Of a stretch of DNA of 64,000 bases, positions 25,444-39,874 are shown piece after piece. Location of the stretch: the NCBI GenBank assembly GCA_964016885.1, contig OZ024743.1, forward strand, positions 145,142,001 through 145,206,000, read 5' to 3'. The stretch comes from Eledone cirrhosa. Its lineage: Eukaryota. A model generated the notes under the pieces. The model saw nothing but the letters and a program-made list of their open reading frames with translations, was not told the origin of the DNA and did not search any database. Numbering within the stretch: position 1 is the stretch's first letter; the number at the start of each line of letters is the position of its first letter. A program made the translations under genes and the position numbers.

Positions 25444-26044
25444 ATCAATTAATACATCCATCTTGAAAGTATTATCGCATCAATTATTTTTCTCTCAGTA
25501 CTTCCTTTGTATTTCAGTCGGAAATTGAAATCGCAACGAAGTTTCAGTTTGCCGAGGCGTTCACCTCATATTTTATAGCGCTAGCAACATACTCACATAA
25601 ATATTCATACATTCATTCCTACATCCATACTTACAAACATTAAGGCGCGCTCACATGAAGACACACACATACACGCACGCACACACACAAACACAAACAA
25701 ACGCAGACACACACATACACAAATACACACACATACACTAAAATGAATATACGTAATTTAAAATGACTTGCGTAGAAAGAAAAGACAATAAAATACATTT
25801 ATGAGTTGTGTTAGATTACATAGGGTACTTGGAAATGTAAAGTGACATTTAATGAAGTAAGAGCTGAAACAGACTCCAATATAAATGCATATTTACTAAA
25901 CTAATAATATGAAAGTAACATCACTCGAGATACAATTCATAATGTGAATTTTCCGTTACTTTTATACATTTTACACTTTAAAAAAATATACTTTTATACA
26001 GTCCACAAAAAATATGAATATAATAATTGTTTTTATTTGTGTGA

Positions 26045-26097
26045 ATGTATGCATGTATGATTGTATGTATGTATATATGCATGTATATATGTATGTG

Positions 26098-26154
<57 letters not shown>

Positions 26155-26186
26155 TAAATTTATATATATGTATATATATATATATT

Positions 26187-26233
<47 letters not shown>

Positions 26234-26257
26234 GTATATATATATATATATATATAC

Positions 26258-26341
<84 letters not shown>

Positions 26342-26771
26342 GTATATATATAAATATATATATATACATATATATACATAGATGTGTGCATATATATATA
26401 TATATAATACATGTATATATACATACATGTATATGTATATATTTATATATACTTATGTGCGCATACGTGTGTCTACATATATACATACATGCTCGTATAT
26501 TGTAATATAATATAATTTAGTAAACAGCTTATTAAACGCCATTGTAACTGTATACAGATTTATATTCGAAAATGTATATATATATATATATATATATATG
26601 GTAATAATAATAAATTTGAAGATTAACATCCATATATATATAAAGAGAAAGAGATACATACATACATACATACATACATACATACATACATACATACATA
26701 CATACATACATACATACATACATACATACATACATACATACATACATACATACATACATACATACATACAT
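26045..26771. repeat. (TA)n-derived block and pure (TACA)n at 26654-26771
   Basis: Seen directly in the sequence. Confidence 0.92.
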
Positions 26772-29589
26772 TGTTTCTTTTCTGTGGGTGGAAGAAATAA
26801 AACGAAAGACTGAAATCAAAATGTAAGACTAGTGAGTATTTATTGTCGCGTGTATAAACATATTTTTAACAATACCTGTAATAAAAATAGGTGAACATCA
26901 GAATTTATTTTTGTAGATATGACTGTTAGAATAATTGAGGGGGGGGGGAGGAGAAATGTAACCAATGATTAAGGTAGATAGATATGGTTACTAGATAGAT
27001 TCACGAGAATTCACCTGTTTAATCTCAAAGGTTTTTTTTTTAATGAATTAAATCGATCATATGATCGAATACTCATGGTATTATAAGAATGATTATTCGG
27101 TTGATAAAAATCATTCCCCGAATTCTCCTGTCTCACTTAGATTTTAACGCATAACACAACGTCTTTAGTTATATGATATCATTACTCAAATGAATACAAA
27201 AGGTGAAAAAGTAAACGTGACTGAAAGTGTGTATGGAATAAAACGAAAGCAAAAAATTCTTTTTTATTATTTATGTAGTTGCTTTCAAATTTTATTTAAT
27301 TTAAACATTGTTCATTTTGTTCTGGAAAAGGTTTCTCATCCAATTTGTAGTCATTTTTATCTCTCACCCCCCCCCCCCTCCTTTTTTTTGCTAAGGGGTT
27401 CTTTTTTGCTTATCGTATAACGATTTTGATAGTAGACTGAGACTAAACGAATATGACACGCAACAACAAAAAGGAAACAGTAAACATTTTTTTTTTTATA
27501 TCAGAACCTAAAGAAATGACCAAATTAAATGTTACCAACAAAACATTACGTTTCTGTAGCGTGTCGAGTAATTGTCCGACGGAGAGAAAACTGTAAAGTA
27601 AAATCGATATGAAAACAAGAAAATAATATTGGTTGATTAAATTTCCATTTTATAAAAGCAGACGAATTGAATTTTTACATTCAAAATTAGGAAAATGTGA
27701 AAAGAAAATAGACTTATTAACCGTAAAACTGTTCACGTGTATATTTATTTGGTTACACGATAATAAACCAGTATGAAATTAAAGATAAATAAAGTTTTAT
27801 TTTCAAACTGAATTTATAAGCGGTTTTCTTTGTGTGGTAACAGATTCCTGTGAAATGAGCCCCCGATTTATTTTTTTATTTTACGTCATAACTAATTATT
27901 TCAGGAATGTATTGAGTGTTACAACTTACCGGTTGTTTTGTTGTTGTTACTTTTGTTGTTTTTGTTGTTGTTGTTGTGTTTTTTTTTGGGGGGGGGGGGT
28001 TATTTTATTGGTGGTGGGGTCCATTATGGATTTGAGTCCTCATGAAATTTACGTAAATGTTACATCTAGCTACAGCTTTTAGTTTCTATATTACTATCCC
28101 AAACAGATGACTGGTTTTGATGACATTATAAATAGGTAGCAGTGATAAACTACTTCGCTTCCTGAGACATTAGCGATACAAGTTAAATGAAATCGCTTTA
28201 ACTTTTTTTAATCAAAACAAAATCGGGATTTCGCTTCATCAAAAACTTGTACCGTCACGAACAAACAATGTTTTCTAAATCATTTTCCCATTCTTATATC
28301 TTGATAATTTGATTATGAGAAATTATATAATCCGTTATTGGATAGTAGGAAAAAATCGAACAAAACGAAGTCTATGTAACTATCTTTCTTTTCTTTATTT
28401 GGCTAGGTTGGTTAACTTGCTGTAAGAAAAGCTGCTCACGATCTGTTTCACCATTTCCTCTCCAAAGAAGAGCATTGAACGAAACATTTCTCATCTCTCC
28501 GCGGAATGCAAATTTATTCAAATTTACGAAACCTATTTGGTCAGCTACCTCTCTTGTCACTCCTACCTTGTATTTCATTAAAATGCGGAATTTGTTATCA
28601 AAATTCGTTGATTGCAACCACTGTATTATTTCTATATCAATGTTATTTCCATTCTATTTCAGATTATTAACATCTCATATAACAATGCTATTAAGAAATA
28701 TATTGTATGTTATAAAGCCTTAGCATTGTAGATACACTTTTCATAAAGTAATTCAAACAACACTTACCTTAAAGACATATTGTATTTATTTTATCATTAG
28801 CAGCAAAAGATTCTAAGAGATTTTCAGATTTCTAACTGTCATGACTACTACGCGCACTAATTATTCAATCAGTTTATGGGAAACAGAAGTATAAACTAGG
28901 AATCATTCTTCTTACTACAGACATCAGCCGCCTTATACGTTATTCAAACATATACAATAACTGTATAGAGGAAGATCTGCAGAAAATATATCAAAATAAG
29001 ATTATCAATGTTAAACATTCTCTATAGCTACATCTGAGAGAACAAAAGTCTCAATGATAATTCTTTATCTGACATACATCTAGAGAAAGTCCCAACAGAC
29101 AAAAATGATTGATCTTTCATAGAACGAAATTTGGAAATTCAAAAATGTATGGATAAGAATCATATATTCTCCGGAGATAGCAACAAATGTTTTGCAAAGC
29201 TTTTTCTTCTAAGTATCTAATATGATCTGTATATTTCCTTTCGCATTTCTGTTTCATTTTATTTTTTAGCGGTGTCTTAATCTTCAGAGTTATTTTTTAT
29301 TAATCTGTGATAATGTTGGCATTGTTTAACACCACGTCGTCCCTGATCAAGCAGACATATGATCAAAGGGATTCCTATGAGCAAGAAATCTAGAACCACA
29401 TTAACCAATGTGTCCTATTCTAAGTTGAGATTTCAGGGGATTTGGTTGCTATTTCTAAAAGGTAGAATATATATGGTCTGCTGCAACAATAATATAGATT
29501 TCGCGAGCCATCTCCGAATCAAATATTTTCTCTATTCTCAGCTTGTGTTTGGCGTAATTTCTATTATTGATTAACTAATTATTTAATCC

Positions 29590-29655
29590 GAATCTGATGA
29601 TGTCGCCAGGGTCTTATGTAACCAGGCCATTGAAATATATATATATATATAGTGT
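29590..29655 (+). ncRNA. Hammerhead motif, family H2, with (TA)n-expanded loop III
   Basis: gaat-CTGATGA-tgtcgccagggtcttatgtaaccaggccatt-GAAA-(ta)7-TA-gtgt. Downstream sequence aligns to 9396-9595. Stem I is weak. Confidence 0.55.
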
Positions 29656-29767
29656 TTTTTGTGACAATAGAACTTTAAAAACATATCCCCAGTCTGGCCT
29701 CTTGTTTTAATTGATATTCAACTCCGTTCCTGCACCAGCTACAGGATTCAGCATCAACGATGGATGA

Positions 29768-30052
29768 GTTACATAGCGTAGAGGGGTTTTCCTACATAAT
29801 TGTTTCTACTTTTGGCACAAGGCCAGCAATTATCCCAGTGTATTACTGGTACTTTATTTTATCGACCCCGTAAGGATGAAAGGCAAAGTTAACCTTGGCG
29901 GGATTTGAACTCAGAATCCCGCCAAGGTTAACTTTGCCTTTCATCCTTACGGGGTCGATAAAATAAAGTACCAGTAATACACTGAGATATTTGCTGGCCT
30001 TGTGCCAAAAGTAGAAACAATTATGTAGGAAAACCCCTCTACGCTATGTAAC
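29768..30052. repeat. Fold-back palindrome made of a SINE A 3' half plus ~29 bp of host-element flank
   Basis: gttacatagcgtagaggggttttcctac+SINE ... SINE+gtaggaaaacccctctacgctatgtaac; centre gcgggatt-tgaactcag-aatcccgc. Confidence 0.93.
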
Positions 30053-30249
30053 ATAATGGTTAACTAAACAGAATGACCAGTTCTATCCATTGGTGAACTA
30101 CAAAACATAAATGAATATATATATACATCCAAGATGGCCGACTAAATACGCATGTGTGGTTTTTTCTCCCGTTTTTCTCCAATTTATTTCTCCCCCGTTC
30201 CTTCCTCTTATCAGTATTTACTTTCTATTTATCTTCTAATTCTAACTCT

Positions 30250-30290
30250 ATCTGCTGATGAAGGACTAGTGTCCGAAACTTTAAGACGCT
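30250..30290 (+). ncRNA. Partial hammerhead core
   Basis: CTGATGA-a-ggac/tagt/gtcc-GAAA-ctttaag; no convincing TH or stem I. Confidence 0.4.
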
Positions 30291-30366
30291 CTTCAAATAT
30301 TAAATTAATATATTTCTTCCATGTACTGTGACATTTGTTTTGTTATTTTTGTTATTTCTGTTTACC

Positions 30367-30466
<100 letters not shown>

Positions 30467-30805
30467 CCGTCCACAACGACCTCATCATTCGGAGCTCGCT
30501 GGTGGGCTATTGTACATGATGCTTTTGGATATTTCCTACGACTCCTTGGGACATTGGAAATGACAACTTACATGCATTTGCCCATCTCGTCCTCTCTCTG
30601 TATCACCTACTTGTGTACGTGATTATATGTGTACACAAAAGTACGTATAATATGTTCAGCAATTTCATACGTACACGTGGACAGATACGCATTCACACAC
30701 TTGTACGTCTATACACAACCAACAGGTCATCCCCTGGTAGTCCGTAAACTGGTCAGCTCTCGCGCACTCGCACACACTCGCACATAGACAAACTACGCAG
30801 ACAAT

Positions 30806-30877
<72 letters not shown>

Positions 30878-31394
30878 GTATATATATATATATATATGTA
30901 TAGAAACAGAGAGAGATATAGTACACACACACACACACACATATTTATACATATATATATGTGTGTGTGTACATATATATATATATGCGTGTGTGTGTAC
31001 ATATATATATATATGCGTGTGTGTGTATGTGCGTATGGTAAACATGTTAACTAATCGAGGTAACGCATCACTCAGTGTGAAATAATGCAATTCGTTTAAG
31101 CACTCAACTTCATGTATTTTCTTACAATTAAGATGTGTTAGTCAGTGACGGAGTATATGTAAGATAACGAAAATGCGAAATTCGGTGCAGATGTTAAAAG
31201 TCCTTTATTAACAAAGCTGTGGTACATATTTCAATGACGATTATGGGTACGTGATTGTTCAACCAGACAACCAGTCATGCGATATCATCATACATCATTT
31301 TATGTAATAAGGTTACATTTCCGAGGCAATCTAGACACAAGGGAACGGACAGAAATGATGTTTTTATAACCGAAAGGAACGGACATACATACAT

Positions 31395-31952
31395 GGTGGC
31401 TGCCAACTCGTTTTCGAGTACGGCCACTACTTTATATCCATGTAGGAGAACCCCTACCGATGCGCTGAACGAGTGTGACTTTTTAGTCCAGCCAGCGACT
31501 TGAAAACTCTGGTACAAACACTACACCTGTGACAATTATTGACACATAGTGCTAGGCCCATGGTACCATGTGACAAGTGCAGAGAGATTTCCAGATATAA
31601 AGCAATGCCTGTGCTGTGAAGCTTTTATAGTGAGCAAAGGCACTGCACAAAGCCAGTCCCACTCTCTTAACCAAGATGATATTTACCAAAAAGAAGAACA
31701 AGTCAACATCATTGGATACCATCAGGGTTGCAGGTGTTATATCAGAGTTTTCCTTCTCCTAGAATTCTGCCTTGATAAAGGCTAAGGGGTCATCTCTCCC
31801 GGTGATTTTGGATGGCCATTGACTCTTAAGAGCTCCTTTGCCCTTTGACAGGTTTTGTTTTTAGTCCTGCAGGATGTCCAAAGTCACGCTCCTCACCAAG
31901 AAACCTTGGTGGGGTTGCCAGTTTATTCGCCAACGACCCGACCATGAGACAG
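31395..31952 (-). mobile_element. Bipartite non-autonomous RTE derivative, copy 1 (5'-truncated)
   Basis: Near-identical to 45219-45826. The 3' end encodes CSVCTRVFKSLAGLKSHTRSAHR* followed by an (ATGT)n tail. Confidence 0.85.
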
Positions 31953-32136
31953 ACATAATTATATACATGTATAGACATACATATATACATGTATACATAC
32001 ACACATACATACATACACATATACATGTATACATACATATATAAATACATACATACACACACTTGCATACATGCATACATACATACATACATACATACAT
32101 ACATACATACATACATACATACATACATACATACAT

Positions 32137-32538
32137 GCTGGCTGCCAACTCGTTTTCGAGTACGGCCACAACTTTATATCCATGTAGGAGAACCCCTACC
32201 GATGCGCTGAACAAGTGTGACTTTTTAGTCCAGCCAGCGACTTGAAAACTCTGGTACAAACACTACACTTGTGACAATTATTGACACATAGTGCTTTGCC
32301 TTTGGTACCGTGTGACGACAAGTGCAGAGAGATCTCCAGATATAAAGCAATGCCTGTGCCGTGAAGCTTTTATAGTGAGCAAAGGCACTGCACAAAGCCA
32401 GTCCCACTCTCTTAACCAAGATGATATTTACCAAAAAGAAGAACAAGTCAACATCATTGGATACCATCAGGGTTGCAGGTGTTATATCAGAGTTTTCCTT
32501 CTCCTAGAATTCTGCCTTGACAAAGGCTAAGGGGTCAT
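32137..32538 (-). mobile_element. Bipartite non-autonomous RTE derivative, copy 2 (5'-truncated)
   Basis: Same 3' end; flanked by (TACA)n on both sides. Confidence 0.85.
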
Positions 32539-32576
32539 ACATACATACATACATACATACATACATACATACATAC

Positions 32577-33225
32577 ACACACATTAAAAGCTACAGCAAT
32601 GTGGAAGACATACATATACATAATATGAAAGAGTACTGGTGGAATATTCCAGTAAAATCCCCAATAAAATGCAGGCGTAACAGACCAGATATAATGATAT
32701 GGGACAGAGAAAAGAAGGCATGCACAGTAGTGGAGGTTAGCTTCCCAGAAGATATAATATTAAAGATTAGCGAAAAGGAGAATATCTATGCAGAACTATC
32801 TGCAGATACTCCACTCTGACTACATCTTCAGATTTATACCTGTGATTATCAGGGCAATGGGATATGTTAGTAACTGCCTCAGTACAAATCTTGAGAAGCT
32901 GACTTCACAGAAACAGAAAGAACACAACTAGTTAGGAAATTATAAGTACAATCCATTAATGGAACAGTAAAAATATGTAAAACATTCCAAACCTTCTGCA
33001 TCTGATAACTGCATATACACTAGTACAGATACAAAGCATATGCACATGCACACCTCCACACATACAATAACATACATACCTGCATACACATGCACGCATG
33101 CAGAGATGCATGCATATCTACCTAGTTGATGTTGTGTAAATTCCAATGAGAGAGTCTTGTATCTATGTTAGAAACCGACTGTCTCTCTATTGGCAAACAT
33201 TTGTGAAATTATAAAACCAGAAGAA
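32577..33225 (+). mobile_element. R4/Dong-type LINE 3' fragment (restriction-like endonuclease + 3' UTR)
   Basis: EYWWN..RPDIMIWDREKKACTVVEVSFP; ends gtgaaattataaaaccagaagaa-(CATA)n like 37383 and 39827. Confidence 0.88.
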
Positions 33226-33305
33226 CATACATACATACATACATACATACATACATACATACATACATACATACATACATACATACATACATAAATACAT
33301 ACATA

Positions 33306-36300
33306 GACAGTCAACGCAATCAGTCGCATATTTTAGCGTGGGAGACTATTTGTTAAATTTAAGATGAATACTATCTCCGACAGTAATGCCACAACTTCAG
33401 TCAGGTTGAATAACTGGTTATTCTTCTAACTATCCCTTCTGAAGACACCTTTTATTCGAATTCGTAGAGATATCCTACTAAATACATAATTCATTTTACA
33501 AGGATTTGCTACAAACAGCATGGCTGAACACAACATCTACAAAAAGATTAAGGAAGTACCGAAGACAAATAACAAGGAAGGTAATCAAACTTTATTCAGT
33601 TGTAGATACAGAAGAAACCGAAATTATAAATCGCATAATAATGATTTATTTAATTGTTATAAAATGGCAAAAAACAATCCCTCCATTGGCTATATGAATA
33701 GAATGAAGCTACACTGGGACGAAATACACCCAGAGCTAAATTATTTCACAGCGAAACAATTACGCCAACAAGCGACGTTTGTTGAACGTAAAAATAAGAT
33801 AAATATTATTAATTGTAAGTCCCTCACAACAAACATGTTATCAACAACACGTGCTACAGGTCGCCATGCTACTAGACTTCCTAGCAGCCAGGTCGTACAG
33901 CGCCTTGAAACAACTATGCCTGTAAGAAACTTGACACCACCTGTACCATCTAAGTCTACCTCGAATGCTGGGGAACGCACTATCGATAATAATAATAATC
34001 GAAGAAATTTGACACCACGTGTACCATCCGAGTCTATCTCGACTATTGTGGAAAATACTATCGATAATGATAATCAAAAGTATAAACTATTGAAAATTTC
34101 CCTCAACGAAATCTTCCAGAGAGAAATTAACTTATGTATAAATATTTCTTTTGCTGAACGTGTTAAAACGACAATGTTGAATAAAAAACCAAATAATGAA
34201 ATATTACGTGTTATTGACGAAATAGGGGATGAATATTTACGACGGATAAAAGCCCCAACATTTTGGCAAATCAACGCCTGTTTATATGCCCTAGCAACGA
34301 CAGTGAAGCATTATCTTGGTGATAGCAGAGATATTAACAAGAACAAAACACCATAAATACCATCATATATAACTAAAATAGAAAAAAAGATTGCTGACCT
34401 ACGAAAAAACATAGGATATGTGACAATGCTCCTTACATGCAAACAAACACAAAAAAGCTCACTCCTCACCAACAAAGAGTGAAAAATAAAATAGAGACGA
34501 TGTTTGGTAACCAGAACTCTCCAATATAAGCTGATCACCCTCAAACAAGAATTGAGAGCTATTAGCGAAAAACGCCGATACCTGGAGAAGGTAGATGAGA
34601 GAAAAGTGCTTAATAAAAGATTCAGACGAAACCAAACATCAGTCTATAGAGATATGAAGGGCAAAATAATAAGTGTCACTAAGGCCCCATCCCAGAAAGA
34701 CATAGATTCCTTTTGGAGCAAAATATGGAGTGAAAAGAAGAATTTCAACCAAGATAGTAGGAGAAATCCGAAAGAACTATTGCTCCTACACTACAACAAA
34801 AACATACGAAATAAGTGACGGTACCCCTGAGACTGTGATAGGAAAACTCCAAGATAAGAAAAAAACCAGGAAGAGACATGATTGTCGGCTACTGGTACAA
34901 AAGACTGATATTCTATCGGAGGTATCTTACTGACCTCTACCAACAAGTTCTTAAGGGAGATACACTTATACCAGAATGGTTGACATTAGCACAAACGTTA
35001 CTGGTCCTCAAGAACAAAGACACCCACTTGGCAAAAAACTACCTGATGTATAAGATGTATACAGCCTGCCTGAAGCTATTCCTCCAAGATCACTGTGAAA
35101 ATAATAACATCATCACAGATGAACAAGCAGCTGGAAAGAAAGGTGTTTGGGGATGTGCTGAACAACTACTAATCAACAAAACTGCGATGTCGGAGATGCT
35201 ACAACTTAGGAGGAATATGGCTACAGTCTGGCTGGACTACAGGAAAGCTTTCGATTCTGTTCCCCACTCTTGGGGGATAGAGGCTTGCTAAAGTCCCAGA
35301 CATTATTGACAGAGCCATAGAGCGGCTGTCTTCTTCTTGGGCTACTATCCTAAGGTTAAAGACAGAGAGGGAGGACTCTATTTTCACTGATAAAATAAAA
35401 TATTGCAGGGGTATATTTCAGGGGGACAGTCTCTCTGTGATATTATTCATCTTGTCATTAAACCCCTTGTCCTTTCTGCTCAAGAAATGTGAGGGATACA
35501 TCATTGGCTCACAGGAGGACAGAAATACGAACCTAACCCATCATTTCTTTGTGGACGATCTGAAACTCTATGCCAAGAACATGGATGGGATGAAGAAAAA
35601 TCTTGACCTGGTTACAACGTTCTCAAAGGATATAGGAATGGAGTTTGGCCAAGATAAATCCTTATACATGACTGTAAAGCGGGGGAAAACAACAACCCAA
35701 TCAAGCAACATTGTCATCTATGGCCTAACTGTTTCACCGATATCTGATGAGGACTGCTACAGAGACCTGGGGATAGATGAGAACATATCCTATAATGGTA
35801 TCTGTAATAAAGAACGCGTAACCAGGGAATACTACACCCGATTAAGAAAGATCTGGTCATCGGAACTCTCTGCGCAAAACAAAACAGTGGCTCACAATGT
35901 GTTTGCTGTGCCTGTCCTAACACCAACGTTTGGAATACTCAATTGGGCGATAGACGAAATCCGAGCAGTTGATGTTGGAACTCGAAAAATACTGAACAAC
36001 ACAGGAAACTTCCACATCAACAGTGATATAGACCGCCTTTACTTGAAACGTAAGCAGGGAGGCAGAAGCCTAACATCAGTTCAGACAACATTTGAATGTC
36101 ACATCATATCTCTCCGACATCTACGAACCTCGAAGCGTAGGAGCCCGTTTCTCGAGCAAGTCTATCTGCATGAAACAGATAAGATCATGAGAGTTGGGAA
36201 GGAACTCCTCGAGAGATATTCCCTGTGTAATAATCAAAAACTCACACGCAGGGATGTCGCTCAGCAGTATCGCAGTGAATCCATGGATGAAAAACTGCAT

Positions 36301-37383
36301 GCCTATCAGCAAAAAATCATGCATGGATATGTTGCCAGGAAGCTCCAGAGTGAGAGTAATATAGATAAGGAAAGTAGTCTATCTTGGACCAACAACCGCT
36401 ATATTGGCTCCCACTTTGAATGATACGCTTTTGCGTGTGTAAACAGGAGATTAGCATGAAATACCTGATTCACAAAAGAGATAGGGATGCAAGGAAAACA
36501 CCTAGATATGATAACAAGTGCAACTCTGTAGAAATAACATCGAGGATATCACCCATGTCATCAGCAGCTGTCCAAAGATGTCATCGCGGTACTATCTACC
36601 TATGAGGCATGATGTAGTGGCCAAAACATTGTACAATGCGGTTCGTAAAAAAGATAGCCCCGATAATAAACACATTAAAAGCTACAGCAATGTGAAATAC
36701 ATCCATGTACATAATATGAAAGAGTACTGATGAAATCTTCCAGTAAAAACCCCAATAAAATGCAGGCATAACAGACCAGATATTATGATATGGGACAGGG
36801 AGAAGAAAGCATGCACAGTAGTGGAAATTAGCTGCCCAGCAGATGCCAATATAATATCAAAGATTAGTGAAAAGGAGAATATTTATGCAGAACTGATGAG
36901 AAATCTGCAGATACTCCACCCTGATTACACCTTCAGATTTATACCTGTGATTATTGGGGCACTGAGATATGTTAGTAACTGCCTCAATACAAATCTTGAG
37001 AAGCTAGGCTTCACAGGAACAAAAAGAACATAACTAGTTAGGAAATTACAAGTACAATCCATTAATGGAACAGCAAAAATAAGTAAAACATTCCAAATAT
37101 TTTGCATCTAATAACTGCATATACACATATACAGATGCAAAGCATATACACATGCACACATACAACTCAAAACATCCACATCCACACATACAATAACATC
37201 CATATCTACACATGCATGCATACATATCTACCTAGTTAATGCATGCAGACATATCTACCTAGTTAATGCATACATACATATCTACCTAGTTGTGTAAATT
37301 CCAATGAGAGTGTCTTGTGTCTATGTTAGAAACCGACTCTCTCTCTATTGGTAAAACTTTGTGAAATTATAAAACCAGAAAAA
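33306..37383 (+). mobile_element. Near full-length decayed R4/Dong-type non-LTR retrotransposon (RT + CCHC + PD-(D/E)xK endonuclease)
   Basis: N-term FNCYKMA...GYMNRM...LRQQA. RT motifs EQLLINK, WLDYRKAFDSVPH, GIFQGDSLS, HHFFVDDLKLY. C-term C-x2-C..H..SC, RHDVV, RPDIMIWD..VEISCP. Many frameshifts. (TACA)n on both sides. Confidence 0.92.
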
Positions 37384-37398
37384 CATACATACATACAT

Positions 37399-37904
37399 GG
37401 TGGCTGCCAACTCGTTTTCGAGTACGGCCACTACTTTATATCCATGTAGGAGAACCCCTACCAATGCACTGAACGAGTGTGACTTTTTAGTCCAGCCAGC
37501 GACTTGAAAACTCTGGTACAAACACTACACTTCTGACAATTATTGACACATAGTGCTGGGCCCATGGTACCATGTGACGACAAGTGCAGAGAGATTTCCA
37601 GATATAAAGCAATGCCTGTGCCGTGAAGCTTTTATAGTGAGCAAAGGCACTGCACAAAGCCAGTCCCACTCTCTTAACCAAGATGATATTTACTAAAAAG
37701 AAGAACAAGTCAACATCATTGGATACCATCAGGGTTGCAGGTGTTATATCAGAGTTTTCCTTCTCCTAGAATTCTGCCTTGACAAAGGCTAAGGGGTCAT
37801 CTCTCCCGGTGATTTTGGATGGCCATTGACTCTTAAGAGCTCCTTTGCCCTTTCACAGGTTTTGTTTTTTAGTCCTGCAGGATGTCCAAAGTCACCCTCC
37901 TCAC
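37399..37904 (-). mobile_element. Bipartite non-autonomous RTE derivative, copy 3 (5'-truncated)
   Basis: Near-identical to copies 1, 2, 4 and 5. Confidence 0.85.
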
Positions 37905-37928
37905 ATACATACATGCATACATACATAC

Positions 37929-39827
37929 AGACTGTGATAGGAAAACTCCAAGATAAGAAAACACCAGGAAGAGACATGATTGTCGGCTACTGGTACAAAA
38001 GACTGATATTCTATCGGAGATATCTTACCTACCTCTACCAACAAGTTCTTAAGGGAGATACACTTATACCAGAATGGTTGACATTAGCACAAACATTACT
38101 GGTCCTCAAGAACAAAGACACCCACTTGGCAAAAAACTACCGACCCATTGCATGCCAGAACCTGATGTATAAGATGTATACAGCCTGCCTGAACCTATTC
38201 CTCCAAGATCACTGTGAAAATAAAAGCATCATCACAGATGAACAAGCAGCTGGAAAGAAAGGTGTTTGGGGATGTGCTGAACAACTCCTAATCAACAAAA
38301 CTGCGATGTCGGAGGTGCGACAACTTAGGAGGAATATGGCTACAGTCTGGCTGGACTACAGGAAAGCTTTCGATTCTGTTCCCCACTTTTGGATGATAGA
38401 GGCCCTTCGACTTGCTAAAGCCCCAGACATTATTATCAGAGACATAGAGGAGATGTCTTTTTCTTGAGCTACTTAAACTTAAAGACAGAGAAGGAGGACT
38501 CTATTTTCACTGATAAAATAAAAATATCACAGGGGTATATTTCAGGGGGACAGTCTGTCTGTGATATTATTTATCCTGTCATTGACCCCTTGTTCTTTCT
38601 GCTCAAGAAATGTGAAGGATACATCATTGGCTCACAGGAGGACAGAATTTCGTACCTAACCCATAATTTCTTTGTGAATGACCTGAAACTCTATGCTAAG
38701 AACATGGATGGCATGAAGAAAATCTTGATCTGGTTACAACATTCTCAAAGGATATAAGAATAGAGTTTGGCCGAGATAAATGCTCATATATGACTGTAAA
38801 GCGGGGGGAAACACACACAGGGAAGTCGCTCAGCAGTATCGCAGTGAATCCATGGATGAAAAACTGAAGGCCTATCAGCAAAACACAATGCATGGATATT
38901 TTGCCAGGAAGCTCCAGAGTGAGAGTAATGTGGATAAGGAAAGTAGTCTATCTTGGACCAACAACCGCTATATTGGCTCCCACTTTGAAGGGTACGCTTT
39001 TGCAATCCAGGAACAGGAGATTAGCACGAAATACCTGATTCACAAAAGAGATAGGGATGCAGGCAAAACATCTAGATGTGATAACATGTGCAGACACTGC
39101 AGAATTAACTCCGAAGATGTCACCCATGTCATCAGCAGCTGTCCAAAGATGTCATCGCGGTACTATCTACCTATGAGGCATGATGTAGTGGCCAAAACAT
39201 TGTACAATGCAATCCGTAGAAAGGATAGCCCCGATAATAAACACAGGAAAAGCTACAGCAATGTGGAAGACATACATATACATAATATGAAAGATTACTG
39301 GTGGAATGTTCCAGTAAAAACCCCAAGAAAATGCAGGCATAACAGACCAGACATAATGATATGGGACAGGGAAAAGAAGGAAGTTAGCTGTACAGCAGAT
39401 GCCAATATATCAAAGATTAGCGAAAAGGAGAATATTTAAGCAGAACTAACGAGAAATCTGCAGATACTCCACCTTGATTATACCTTCAGATTTATGCCTG
39501 TGATTATTGGGGCACTGGGGTATGTTAGTAACTGCCTCAATACAAATCTTGAGAAGCTAGGCTTCACAGGAACAGAAAGAACACAACTAGTTGGGAAATT
39601 ACAAGTACAATCTATTAATGGAACAGTAAAAATATGTAAAACATTCCAAAGAGTTTGCATCTAATAACTACATATACACATGTACAGATACAAGGCATAT
39701 ACACATGCATGCATGCAGACTAGTTGATGTTGTGTAAATTCCAATGTGAGAGTCTTGAAACTATGTTAGAAACTGACTCTCTCTCTCTCTATTGGCAAAA
39801 ATTTGTGAAATTATAAAACCAGAAGAA
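37929..39827 (+). mobile_element. 5'-truncated, internally deleted R4/Dong-type LINE
   Basis: Near-identical to 34830-37383 with a deletion at ~38812. CRHC..EDVTHVISSC, RHDVV, RPDIMIW. Confidence 0.92.
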
Positions 39828-39874
39828 CATACATACATACATACATACATACATACATACATACATACATACAT

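Noticed and set aside
19600-29500. Host exons in the less repetitive AT-rich stretch
   Set aside because: No ORF with recognisable protein character. Small exons cannot be excluded without RNA-seq or homology search.
33431-33473. CTGAAGA near the R4 5' end as a hammerhead
   Set aside because: No pairing stem II, and GAAT instead of GAAA.
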